DNA of 64,000 nucleotides from Deltaproteobacteria bacterium (GTDB lineage Bacteria; Desulfobacterota_D; UBA1144; Nemesobacterales; CSP1-2): NCBI GenBank assembly GCA_052390235.1, contig JBQTHB010000002.1, positions 320,001 to 384,000 of the forward strand, read 5' to 3'. Shown piece by piece: positions 8,986 to 18,869 of this stretch (position 1 is its first letter; each line of letters starts with the position of its first letter). The notes under the pieces were generated by a model. It saw only the letters and a program-made list of their open reading frames with translations, ran no database searches and was not told where the DNA came from. The position numbers and the translations under genes were made by a program.

Positions 8986-10145
8986 CCGACCTCGCCCTCC
9001 GCCGGTCTGCGCTCCTGCCTCTCAAGCTCTTCGATTCGCGCCTCAACGGGCGATTTGCGCCTCGCGAGCCAGAGATATAAGCCGCTTCCCAGCACGATAA
9101 TTGTGATAACATCGAGCGCCGTCCAGATGATTTTCATCGGCATCCCGCCGTAATCCCCAAAGTGAAGCGGCTGCGAGATGAGAAGCGCCGTTAGATACCA
9201 CGGCAACTCGCCACTCACTGCGACATCTCCGTTTCGGGCATCGAGGAGGACGGGCTTCAGCAATTTAGAGGTCAAAGGCGTATCGCCCTTCATGAAAGCG
9301 GCAAAATGATGGGGGCTTGCAAAATTGGTTTGGGGGAAAGCGATGAACGCTATGTCCATATCCGGCTCGACTGTTTTCAGAGCGTCTATACCCTTTTGAA
9401 TCCGGTACTCGCCCGGGAAGATGGGCGGCAAATCTCTGTAAGGCGCGGTCATCGCGGCAAGCTCAGTTGACTGCCAATAAGCCAAAAGCGGCGCGGCTAG
9501 GGTGTTAATCACTCCCGTAAACCCGACTACCAGCGCCCACGCAAGCGTAACTATGCCGAGCAGATTATGTAAATCCAGCCACTTAGTGCGGGATGAAATC
9601 TCGCCTCGCACCGCCCCGAAGGGCAGTCTCTTCATAAATGGTCCATAGACAACCGCTCCCGAAACCAGCGATACCACCAGAAGCAGTCCCATGAATCCCA
9701 AGAACAGCGCCCCCGGAAGTCCAACGAAAAGGTCTGTGTGAAACTCAAACATATAGTACATAAACCCCTGCCTGAGCGGGTACTCAAGCAGTAATTCGCC
9801 GGTGCGAATGTCGTAGGTGTAGAAAGCCGTTGATTCTTCGGCGTCGGGGGTTTTAGCCATAGTCAGCCCCCAAATGTCCGGCTCGTCCTCTTCCTGAAAG
9901 ACAAACTGCACGGCTTCGCCCGGGCGTCTCGAGCGCGCGTCGTCAACTATTCGGTCGAGGCTCAGGTGAGGAGCGCCTTCGGGCAGGGCGGGGGCTTCGG
10001 GGGCATTGCCGAGCAGATGGTCAATTTCATGATGAAAAATCAGCGGCAGTCCCGTCAAACACAGAAGAAGCATAAACACCGTGCAGACGAGGCTTGTCCA
10101 CTTGTGAACCAGATACCATGATTTGATTGTTCTAGCCGTGAGCAT
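8982..10145 (-). CDS. PepSY-associated TM helix protein (iron uptake)
   Basis: HKWTSL..LTGLPLIFHHEI, FHTDLF, WLDLHNLLG, PLHFGDYGG; real start 10145 after AAGGAG RBS. Confidence 0.9.
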   Translation of the reverse strand: MLTARTIKSWYLVHKWTSLVCTVFMLLLCLTGLPLIFHHEIDHLLGNAPEAPALPEGAPHLSLDRIVDDARSRRPGEAVQFVFQEEDEPDIWGLTMAKTPDAEESTAFYTYDIRTGELLLEYPLRQGFMYYMFEFHTDLFVGLPGALFLGFMGLLLVVSLVSGAVVYGPFMKRLPFGAVRGEISSRTKWLDLHNLLGIVTLAWALVVGFTGVINTLAAPLLAYWQSTELAAMTAPYRDLPPIFPGEYRIQKGIDALKTVEPDMDIAFIAFPQTNFASPHHFAAFMKGDTPLTSKLLKPVLLDARNGDVAVSGELPWYLTALLISQPLHFGDYGGMPMKIIWTALDVITIIVLGSGLYLWLARRKSPVEARIEELERQERRPAEGEVG

Positions 10146-10162
10146 GGGGATATCTCCTTTTT

Positions 10163-10350
10163 TTAAAACTCCACCCTGAGCGTCCCAATCACCGCCCGAG
10201 CCGCCGCGCGTTCTACTTCTGTTGTGCCTCCTCCGATGAAAAAGAATTCCTCGTCGAATAGGTTTTTCACGTTCACCTGAAGCGAGATACGTTCGCGCCT
10301 GTAAAAGAGCAGCGCGTCGGTCTGAACCCAGCCGTCCGCATTGCTGGTGT
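10163..10350 (-). pseudogene. C-terminal remnant of TonB-dependent receptor
   Basis: GWVQTDALLFY..LQVNVKNLFDEEF..RAVIGTLRVEF with terminal Phe, typical TBDR final beta-strands. Confidence 0.8.
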
Positions 10351-10568
10351 TGGCTTTGGACAACCGCTTCCGCAGTCTCGTCAAAGTCGGTCAGGCACAT
10401 CTGCACGCTGTACCCTGGACTGATCAACTCTTCTTCGGAGGACTTGAGACCGGCGAGTACCTTCGTAGCGTCCATGCCGGGCGCATAGCCGGGTTGCGAG
10501 AAATCGATCAATGTTGGATCCAGCCCGATCACGAACACACTCTTCTCATTTGGCACAGCTGCCCCCAT
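10351..10568 (-). pseudogene. 3'-truncated hypothetical gene of integron cassette 3
   Basis: KSVFVIGLDPTLIDFS..YSVQMCLTDFDETAEAVVQSQ follows attC 10657-10727 and breaks at the TBDR remnant. Confidence 0.65.
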
Positions 10569-10656
10569 CTGGTTGGAGTTAACGTCAAGACCTACCTTCG
10601 GCCCTATGAAGGTCGCGGCACGGATCGTCCTTCGTCTCTGGTGCTCCTCGATATCC

Positions 10657-10727
10657 GCCCAACGGGCTGGGTGGGGCATCAGCTGCGGCGCGTTTTGTGC
10701 GCCGTCAGCTGCATGCTGTTGTTAGGC
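10657..10727 (-). mobile_element. attC site (71 bp)
   Basis: Minus strand GCCTAAC-AACAG-CATGCAGC-TGACGGCGC..GCGCCGCA-GCTGATG..GTTGGGC, imperfect palindrome with extra-helical base. Confidence 0.85.
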
Positions 10728-10802
10728 GCTCACTTGATGTGTCCGCGTATCACTGCGAGGACACATCAACCTGCTCCAGTCCCTGCTGAGTCACGCGACA
10801 CA

Positions 10803-13800
10803 CTACTTGCGGATACCATTCAGGAACTCGTCCACGTACGGGAAACTCCTCTCGATAACTTCCAGCAACGTCGTGCCGACCTGCGTGGTCAGCCGACTGA
10901 GATCAAAGCACTCCAAAACCGCACGCAGATGTTCGTCGCTGCCAGATTGAACACCGTGTCGCTCCAACAGATACCTGGCAACAACTTGCAGCTCGCTCGG
11001 AGGAATCTCCTCGAATGATCGCGGCCCCCTGGTTCGCAACCTGATCGGCGGGCTTCCCGTCATTCTGACAATGGAGAAAAGGATGCCGCTCTTACCAGCC
11101 TCATCTTCACAAACAACACGTCCCTGCCAAATGGCATGGGACAGCACCTTGTTCATAGTGCTCTTGAGATCATGGCCCATTCGCTTGATGCCGCAGCCTC
11201 TCAGGTAGATGTCGTAGGCTCGTTTCGCAACCACTGGACCTTCGACCTCGACGATCCGGACAATGCCTTCCGAGACTCCATGCTCGTTGACGCTGCGAGG
11301 GTCATTCCCTGGAGGGCCGACATACTCCACATAATCGCTGAATGGCAGATTGGCGTCTCGCGAGGTGACCGAAGAAACGATCAATCCCGTGCGGCCAAAG
11401 GGAATCCCGTCGTCGTTCGACGGATTCAGGCGAGCCTCTGCTGAAGGCGCGTCTCCTTTTGCTGAAGTGGTTCGTGCCGGCGGTACCTCAGAAAGCCATG
11501 CGTGAGCACTCTCGACAACCGCCGGCTCGATGAGAGAAGACACGACGCGGTGCTCGGTATGCACGCTCCTCGGCGCGCCTTCGGCCCCAATCGGTTCGAT
11601 GCCGCGTTCGGCTAACGTCTTCATGAGGTCGTCCAGGATGTCCTTGCGCCGCCGGATGAAGGCGGAGGCGAAACACCGCCAGAACACCCAACCGGCGCGC
11701 TCCAGGACGCGCTGGCGCTGCATGTCGTCGGCCCACTTGTCCGCTCCGTGGTACTTGTCGCCGTCGCATTCGACCGCCAGCCGCGCATCGTTGTGTCCCT
11801 CAACGACCATGTCGATGCGGTACTGGCCGACACGCACTTGTGGGGTGACCCAGTAGCCACGTTGCGTTAGTGCATCGTACATCTCGCCCTCGAAGGGGGA
11901 CTCGCAAAGTGTGCGCAGATCCGCCACGCGAAGCTCATCCTGGGCGAAGGGTGTTGCGAAGTGCGCGATGAGACTGCGGCGCAACCGATCCGCATCGCTC
12001 AGATGCTCCAGTGCCACCGAGCGCACTAGGTACATCCGGTCCCTCGCGCGCGACGCTGCCACGTTGAAACGCTGGGCAAAAGTGTCGCGGGAGAGCGGCG
12101 CACCGACCTCGTTGGGCGCAGACACCATCGAGAGAAACATGATGTCCCGCTCTTTACCCTGAAACGTGCGTGCATCGCCGCAAGCGATCTGATGGCGCTG
12201 CGTTAGTTCCGGTCCGAGTTCGGCGGTTAGCCGCTCCCATATCAAAAGAGCCTGCTTGTCGGCGAGCAGCGAGACGACCCCGATTGAGCGCCGGGCCATG
12301 TTTGGGTCAGACACAATCGCCTTGATTTCATCGACGATGAAGCGCGCTTCGGACACATTGACGTCGCCATTGCGGTAGCCGTCTTCCACCACCACGTCCA
12401 CGAGGGGCGGGTCGAGCCGCTCGGAGGCTTTGGGCATGCGCAGTGGCCGGAGCTCGTGATTGTAGAACTCCCGCTTAGAGTACTCGATGATCGGGCCGAC
12501 GCAGCGGAAATGCTCCTTCAACATCACGGCGCTCTTGGCAAAGACTACTTTGAACAGATCATAGATGGAGCGCTCAGGAGACATCTGCGGGCGGTACGTT
12601 TCCACCTGATTGCCGAGGAAGCGACTCATAAGACTGCGAATCTTCTCTTCCTCAAGTCCGACGCCCTCTGGGGAGACTTGCTTGTCGTCGCCGACGATGA
12701 GGACTTTCTTCCCCCGTAACAAGGAAGGCAATGCCGTTAGGTCGGACTGCGACGCTTCGTCGATGATGACGAGGTCGAAGCAGCCGAGTTCTGCAGGCAG
12801 CGATTCGGACACGCGATAGTGCGGCATGATCCAGCACGGCACGGCAGGATTCGCCTGCGATGCTGCCATCCGCGCATCCTGTCGATAGCGCACCGCACGC
12901 TTGCCAGTGCCCTTGCCGATTTTCTGAATGGCGTTGAGATACGCCTGCAGGGCCGCCCGAATGCTGGGCGAAGCATTCTCTGCGAGCTTCAGCCACGTCC
13001 GCTTCACAACGATATCGCGATAGGCGCGCGACAAATCGCTCTCCACTTCGTGGCGATCCTTCGCCAGCTTCTTTAGCGCCTCCTGAGCGTCAATCAATTC
13101 GAGGTGGGTGGCGAGGCGCCTCAGGCGCCAAGCGGTGCGCCAGTTGTCCGGTAGAAGGCTATCCGCCGTGCTCTCAAGGGGTCGCCTGAGTGCATCCGCG
13201 TACTTGGGCGCCCCCGAGGACTCGATTTTTCCGCAAACCTCATGCACGGCGGCGAGTTGCGTTCCCAAGCCAAGTACGCGCGACAGCTCCGCCATCAGCG
13301 CCGTCCAATCAGCCTGCATCCGGGTGTATTCAATCTCTGGGTTGCCGAGCGTCTCCGCAAGAAACCGACGAATGTCCTCTATGACGCGGCCCGTGCGGCC
13401 TACTAGTATCTTCTGAAACCGCTCTTTTTGGTACCAGACGTTGGCGAGTCGGTTTTTGGTGAGGTGGTGCCGCAGTGCCCTCTCCAGCTCAGCGAGTCGC
13501 TGCGTGTCATCCGCCAGCTGGCGGACGTGAGCCCAGTTGGGGAAGACGAGAGAAGCTGCGCCGCAGACTTCTCCTTCCGCTTTCACTACGCCCTTCACCT
13601 TGAGGTAGAGAGCGTAGTCTTGGGCGGCGGCCAGTCCGCCTTCCGGCTTGTCCCCCGGTAGGGCTTCAAGCTGTAGCTCGGGGGCAAGGGCGTTCCAGCG
13701 CAGGGCCAGCTCGCGCAGGGACTTCAACAACGCCAGATGCTCCGCGACATACTCCCAGCTCTCGGCGTTGGGAGGGGGATGGCCGAGAACCCGAATGCTG

Positions 13801-16075
13801 TCCAGCTGCTTCTTCTGGGTCGACTTGCCGAACAGTCCTTTCACACCAAAGGGCCTTCGGCCCTTGGCGAGATTGCTCACGGCCTCTGCGATCTCGGCAT
13901 CAAGCTCGATGCCTTCGGGTGTGGTAACCGGCCGCTCAAGAAACGTCTTGCGCCGGTCGACAGCCTGCTCAAGCTCGGCGCCGAGAGCTTCTAGAATCGG
14001 CACCATGTTGTCGTTGCCGCCGCGCCGCAGACGTTCTCGCATGGCGACGGTCCATGGTCGATGCGCCTGCGCGACTTCATCGCGTAGGCGCCGAAGGGCT
14101 TCGATGTCCGTGAGAAGTGTTTGAGCGAGGGCGAGCGTCTCCTGGCTCGAATCGGCGAGCGCCGGAACGTCGCCGCTCTCCACGCCCTGTTTCAGTTTTT
14201 CGAACTGCGACAGATCCTGGTGGACTTCGAGTACTGCCTTGGAGTCGGGAAACTCCACGAGTTGCGGAAGCGACGCATCGAGGTAGTCGATGTCTTGGCC
14301 TAGCGCACGCCTTGCATCCCGTAGCCGCACAACATCCGCGTCCACGAACTGCGGGGCGAACTCTGGAGTGACTCCAAGCGTGTCAGGAATCCACTCAAAC
14401 TGGTCGACGTTCCTGGCCACTTCTCGCGCCGCGTCTTGAGGGTCAATCTCTTCGGTTTCCATCTTGACCGTGGCGAGGTTCCGCTGCGCCCATTCACCAA
14501 TCTTGCGGTCAATGCTGGCAAGCTTGCCGTGGAGGGCATCAATGGACTCTCCAAGATGGTTGATGGCTCTCGCGGTGCTGGCGCGGTCGAGGCCCTGCAC
14601 CTCGGAGGCAATCTTCTGGATCGCATACTCGAACTGCTTCATCCCTTCCTGTTCGCTGGTCAGCAGCGAAATGGCGAGCGGACGGATTTCCTGAGGGAGC
14701 TGGTCTTGGAGCACCGCCAATGCCGGGTCCTTCATGGAGGTCACAAGCACCCGTTTGCCTTCAGCCAGGTAGTGACAGATGACGTTGGCGATCGTGTGTG
14801 TCTTGCCAGTGCCAGGTGGACCCTGCACGACTACGCCATCGGAGTTATCCAGCAGCTGGATGATGCGGACCTGCTCGTCGTTAAAGGCTTTGGGGAAGTA
14901 GAGGTCACGAGCCTTCTTGCCGCTCGCGTTGTCCTGTGGTTGATATGAAGCGGAGACCCCACGGAACGTCAGCAGTTCGACGACCGGGTTGGAGGTGTCC
15001 GGGTCGGTCACAACGGCAGCCACTGCGGGTGGGTAGGACTTCGCTTCTTCGGCGCGTTTCTTCAGCTTCTCCAGGTCCTGCAGAAACAAGCTGTTGGTGC
15101 GCGGACGCGCAAAGAGCACCCACGTATCAGTGACTTTGAGTTTGTCGTCGGACTTCGGCAGCGTCCGGTCGGCATCCGACACTTCGTTCGGCCAGTAGAT
15201 GCCGTTCGCGTCGAGGTTGGTAGCCGCGGTGCGAAGCAAGGGCTCGAAGGTTCCGCGGTCGTACGGCGAAAACGTTGTTGTAGCCTTCCCGAAGAACTCC
15301 TTCGCCGCTTTCTCCAGCTCGGCAACGCCGGGGTTATCGACGGATGCGTACCAGTCCACCTCTATACGAGCATCGACATCCCGAGGTCGGATTTCCATTT
15401 CAGCCGTCACAGGGTTGAGCGACATTTCGGCCAGCCGCCCGACCAAGGGATAGCTCACAGTGGCGCCTTTGGAGTTCCAGATTCCGAGCCCCAGGAGAGT
15501 TCGAGTTGCGCTTCGACGATGCTGCCATCGAGTTGCTGCTTGAGCGTGAAAAGCTGGGAGTAAAGGCGAATGGTCTTGCGCCGGAGTTTCTCTTCTTCGG
15601 CCCAGGGGCGCCACTTCGTGTCGAGGTACGTGGCGAACTGGGACCTGACCATGGCACATCTGTCGTAGTCGGAGAGCATGACAGTCGCCTCGGGGGCGAT
15701 GACCGGTCTGCCCTGCTCTGGTGAACTTGCCGATGAATAATATGTGCCCTCTGCAATCAGGCTGGCGCCGTCCGTGGCCTCGCGCAGCCGCGGCTCTTCA
15801 GTTGTCCCCTGCGCCATCTGCACCCAAGGCCGCAGTAACGGGCTGGCAATACCCGGAGGCCTCATCTCGTGCAGCCGCTCAACGGCAAGCCAAATCTCGT
15901 CCTCGCTCTCGGGGCCGTTGACGTTAAGGCGAATGCCTGGCAGTCCTTGAATCTCGTGCTCGTAGAGTGCGAAGAGACCGTGTGCGGCAACGGTAGCGGC
16001 TGGCTTGCCTCGCAGCCGCGCGGACTGCTGAGAGAATTCGATGAGGGAGAGAAGCCGAGTCTTTTCCTCGTTCAT
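10803..16075 (-). CDS. Large SF1 (DNA2/NAM7/Upf1-like) helicase with Vsr/DUF559-like endonuclease and C-terminal DUF3320-like domain; one frameshift near 15490 (gene cassette 2)
   Basis: QGPPGTGKT, DEASQ, VGDDKQ, EHFR, FQGKE, FNVAASRAR; ESPFE..YRIDMVV..LAVECDGDKYH..RQRVLERAGW; ORFs 15455-16132 and 10803-15659 join at LELSWG/LGIWN. Confidence 0.85.
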
Positions 16076-16146
16076 GAGGCTTCTCATGTCATTGTCTGGG
16101 GTTTCAAAACATCGCATTCTTATCACCCGCATCAGGCGTCAGGTGC

Positions 16147-16206
16147 GCCTAACGCCTGAATTAAGCCGCGCCGCGAAGCGGCATCGGCTTGAATGAATTG
16201 TTAGGC
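16147..16206 (-). mobile_element. attC site (60 bp)
   Basis: Minus strand GCCTAACAATTCATTCAAGCCGATGCCGCTTCGCGGCGCGGCTTAATTCAGGCGTTAGGC, 1 nt after cassette-1 stop. Confidence 0.95.
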
Positions 16207-16207
16207 A

Positions 16208-16711
16208 CTACTTGCCTACCAGTACGGCGTCCATGTCGTACTGGTAGTAGGCACGGTCAGCACATTTGGCGTTGAACCTAGCGACAGCGGCATTGACTTG
16301 CTCCACGCGTGCGTTTGCGTCAGGTAAGCGATTGTTATGGGCTGCTACGAGCTGTCGATGGCGATCAACAAGGGCGTTAAAACTATCAATGGAGTCTTGG
16401 CTATAAACGTCGACCAGACCTTCCTGTGCAGTAATTTCTGTCTCTAACCGATTGATTTTTACTGCATTTGCGGCAATTGAAGCCTGAAGTTGATCAACTT
16501 GGTCGCCACTCGCGTTAATCGCATTTTGCTCTTTGACGCATTGCGACAGTTGATCGCGTGCAAGCACTGGCCCTTTGTGCCGCGCGCCAATTGATAGACC
16601 ACGAGTACGAAAGCCAGCACGACGGCGTCCGCGAGCATCTGCATCTTGGATGATCAATGTGATAGCAAACCCGAACAAGCCAAAAAGTGCGGCTCTTCTA
16701 CTAACGGACAT
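16208..16711 (-). CDS. Exported coiled-coil hypothetical protein (gene cassette 1)
   Basis: GGGGAG RBS, SRRAAL twin-Arg-like signal, ADA cleavage site, two Cys flanking a coiled coil. Confidence 0.7.
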   Translation of the reverse strand: MSVSRRAALFGLFGFAITLIIQDADARGRRRAGFRTRGLSIGARHKGPVLARDQLSQCVKEQNAINASGDQVDQLQASIAANAVKINRLETEITAQEGLVDVYSQDSIDSFNALVDRHRQLVAAHNNRLPDANARVEQVNAAVARFNAKCADRAYYQYDMDAVLVGK

Positions 16712-16732
16712 GATTGAACTCCCCACTGTAGC

Positions 16733-16790
16733 ACCCAACTTATGATTGAGCGGAATCATTCCGCCTAATCACCGAATTTTGTGTATTATC
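16733..16790 (-). mobile_element. Putative attI site
   Basis: GCGGAATGATTCCGC palindrome then CAATCATAA-GTTGGGT core, between intI start and first cassette. Confidence 0.65.
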
Positions 16791-16828
16791 TGAAACAATT
16801 CGGGATAATAATCTTAATATCCAGAATG

Positions 16829-16857
16829 AAAGTAAACTCTTTTCGGGAGTTTCGCAA
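16829..16857 (-). promoter_or_regulatory. Possible Pc cassette promoter
   Basis: TTGCGA-N17-TACTTT pointing towards attI. Confidence 0.3.
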
Positions 16858-16866
16858 GAGCAATTT

Positions 16867-17201
16867 ATGGAAAATAAGCCAAAAATGTTGGAACAAGTCA
16901 GAATGGTCGCCAGAGCAAGACATTTGAGTCATAAGACCGAAGACGTTTATCATAATCGCATCAAGCGGTTTATTTTGTTTCACAACAAACAACATCCGAA
17001 GGAAATGAGCAATGGCAGGGGTTGAGAAATTCTTGACCTATCTTGCCGTAGAGAAATATGTGTCTGCCTCTACCCAGAATCAGGCGTTCAGCGCCTTATT
17101 GTTCCTTTACCGAGAGGTACTCAATAAACCCTTGGAAGGTCCAATCAACTCTTTGCGTGCGAAGCGACCTAAAAGACTGCCGACAGTTTTGACCCGGGAG
17201 G
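16867..17201 (+). pseudogene. intI: Integron integrase N-terminal remnant (frameshift ~17010, truncated)
   Basis: MENKPKMLEQVR..HLSHKTE..IKRFILFHNKQHPKEM then FLTYLAVEKYVSASTQNQAFSALLFLYREVL..RAKRPKRLPTVLTRE; catalytic domain absent. Confidence 0.92.
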
Positions 17202-17371
17202 GTAGCTTTGCCTGATTCTGGGCTTCCTCCTTGGGCGAGGGGGATATTCAAGTCCTGCGACGGGGTTTCCAGCCAGCCCTCTGTATCGCCCGCCGCTAGA
17301 CCGGAGGATTCAAAAACCAGCGTCAGAGCGAATAGAATCTGCGCTACCCGGAAAATTCTGGATTTTTTCAT
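17194..17371 (-). pseudogene. N-terminal remnant of a secreted protein, probably the TonB-dependent receptor
   Basis: AGGAGG RBS, Sec signal peptide, breaks at ..GKATLP where intI sequence begins. Confidence 0.55.
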
Positions 17372-17408
17372 CTGCTCCTCCTAGAGGCGGGGTGCCGCCA
17401 TTTGACTG

Positions 17409-17870
17409 TTAATTCAGCGTTACTGCCATTGGGACTCTGAGCGTGTTGGCAAAATATGCCTCATAGCCGCCGTCCCCGTATAAAAACGCCGAGCCGTCGT
17501 CGAACACTACTGTCAGCGCGTTCTCTGCCTTGAAGGCATCGCTTTGGCTCACGCGCTGCCACTCTCCCATGGCGGCAGGATGAGCCGAGTCCACGTCCGC
17601 CGCCGAGACTTCTCTATCAATAAAATTGACGATTCTCTCTTTTATATTGTGGATAAATCCCTCGATAATATCTCTGCGCTCATTAGGGGAAATCTCCTCT
17701 GCGCCTGAGCGTGTGTTCCACTGCGAATCCGCCGGGAATATTCTGCGACAGCGCCGCGCAACGCATCCCGCCACTCCGTAGCCGCAGAATGTCTCCGCGT
17801 CCGGGGATTTGCGGCTCAGTTCAAGCCCGATGTCTCCTGCGGTTCTCTGGCGTTTTTCCACACGTTTCAT
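17409..17870 (-). CDS. Hypothetical protein downstream of Fur-box promoter
   Basis: AGAGGAG RBS before 17870; no recognisable motif. Confidence 0.55.
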   Translation of the reverse strand: MKRVEKRQRTAGDIGLELSRKSPDAETFCGYGVAGCVARRCRRIFPADSQWNTRSGAEEISPNERRDIIEGFIHNIKERIVNFIDREVSAADVDSAHPAAMGEWQRVSQSDAFKAENALTVVFDDGSAFLYGDGGYEAYFANTLRVPMAVTLN

Positions 17871-17903
17871 TAAATAATCTCCTCTTAATGGTACTCTGAT
17901 ACT

Positions 17904-17951
17904 GATATTGATAATCAATCTGAATCTACATCGGCTCGGCGGCTGTGTCAA
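17904..17951 (-). promoter_or_regulatory. Sigma70 promoter with adjacent Fur box
   Basis: TTGACA(17951-17946)-N17-TAGATT(17928-17923); GATATTGATAATCAATCTG (17904-17922) matches 15/19 of the Fur consensus. Confidence 0.75.
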
Positions 17952-18095
17952 GGGTTTCCGGGAGGAATTTTGAAGCCGCTGGCGTGGGCTGATTAGATAA
18001 TTCCAAATAAATATGTCAGGATATAGCGGTATCTGAACTTTCCTGGTGAACCGCTCGCGGCTGGGCGGCAATTTCAATGTAATGGAGGAATATCT

Positions 18096-18869
18096 ATGGC
18101 TATTGGTGTCTGTCCTACATTTTGGCTCGATAAACCGCAAACCGATAGGCTCAAGGCTCTGGCTAGGGCGGGAGGCGACGGCGCGATTGAACTATTGCGC
18201 GGGACTCAACCGGCGCCGCGACCTGGTCAATATGAAGACTTGAGCTTGAAGCTGTATTTCAGCGCTGGGGGTGATCCATCGGGCGGGCCCGATACAATGG
18301 TAGTAACTCTGCTAATTGTAAACCTCGGCGCTGAACCGTTGCTTTTGTCGGAACCCCCCGCTGACCCCTGGGGACAACTCCGCTACGCCCCAGTGGTGAT
18401 GAATCGCCTCGATGCGTTTGATAAACCGCGGGGTTCTGACCGTGTTGGCGACCCCCTGCCATCTGGCTTTGTGAAGCAGGAGAGCTATAGTTGGGACAAA
18501 CATAGCGAGTGGGTACAATTCTGGATTGACCCCGCCCCGATAGACGCCCTAGGAGCGGGCTCGTCGTCGGTCGGGGTATTTCAAATTGTCAAAGATTACG
18601 GGATGTACTCAGGCGCGGGAGGCGCGGTTAAATTATCTAGCTCCGGGCGTTTTGACCACTGCTATATCGGGGGCGAATACAACTATAATAGCGTTAAAAA
18701 CTGCGGCGCTATCGGTATGAAAGACTGCGGCACTGCGCGGGACTTCTTTGATAAATTTGTCGCCGGCGCTGAGCGTTATACCGATACCGATGCCTCAGGC
18801 TCTGGGGCTTACTGCGCTTGCAGTAGCATAAACGGTCCTTTCAACTGTATAACGGCGGTGATTCCATAA
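18096..18869 (+). CDS. Hypothetical protein, possible actinoporin/aegerolysin-like beta-sandwich
   Basis: GGAGG RBS; KDYGMYSGAGGAVKL and GEYNYNSVKN resemble actinoporin KDRGPVATGAVGVL and PYDYNWYSN (fold call weak). Confidence 0.6.
   Translation: MAIGVCPTFWLDKPQTDRLKALARAGGDGAIELLRGTQPAPRPGQYEDLSLKLYFSAGGDPSGGPDTMVVTLLIVNLGAEPLLLSEPPADPWGQLRYAPVVMNRLDAFDKPRGSDRVGDPLPSGFVKQESYSWDKHSEWVQFWIDPAPIDALGAGSSSVGVFQIVKDYGMYSGAGGAVKLSSSGRFDHCYIGGEYNYNSVKNCGAIGMKDCGTARDFFDKFVAGAERYTDTDASGSGAYCACSSINGPFNCITAVIP

Noticed and set aside
8982..10679. 565-aa ORF as a novel PepSY fusion
   Set aside because: Chance read-through across attC, truncated cassette 3 and an out-of-frame TBDR remnant; PepSY has its own RBS and start at 10145
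17871..18140. N-terminal extension of the 243-aa ORF
   Set aside because: Runs through the promoter and Fur box; a good RBS supports the start at 17870
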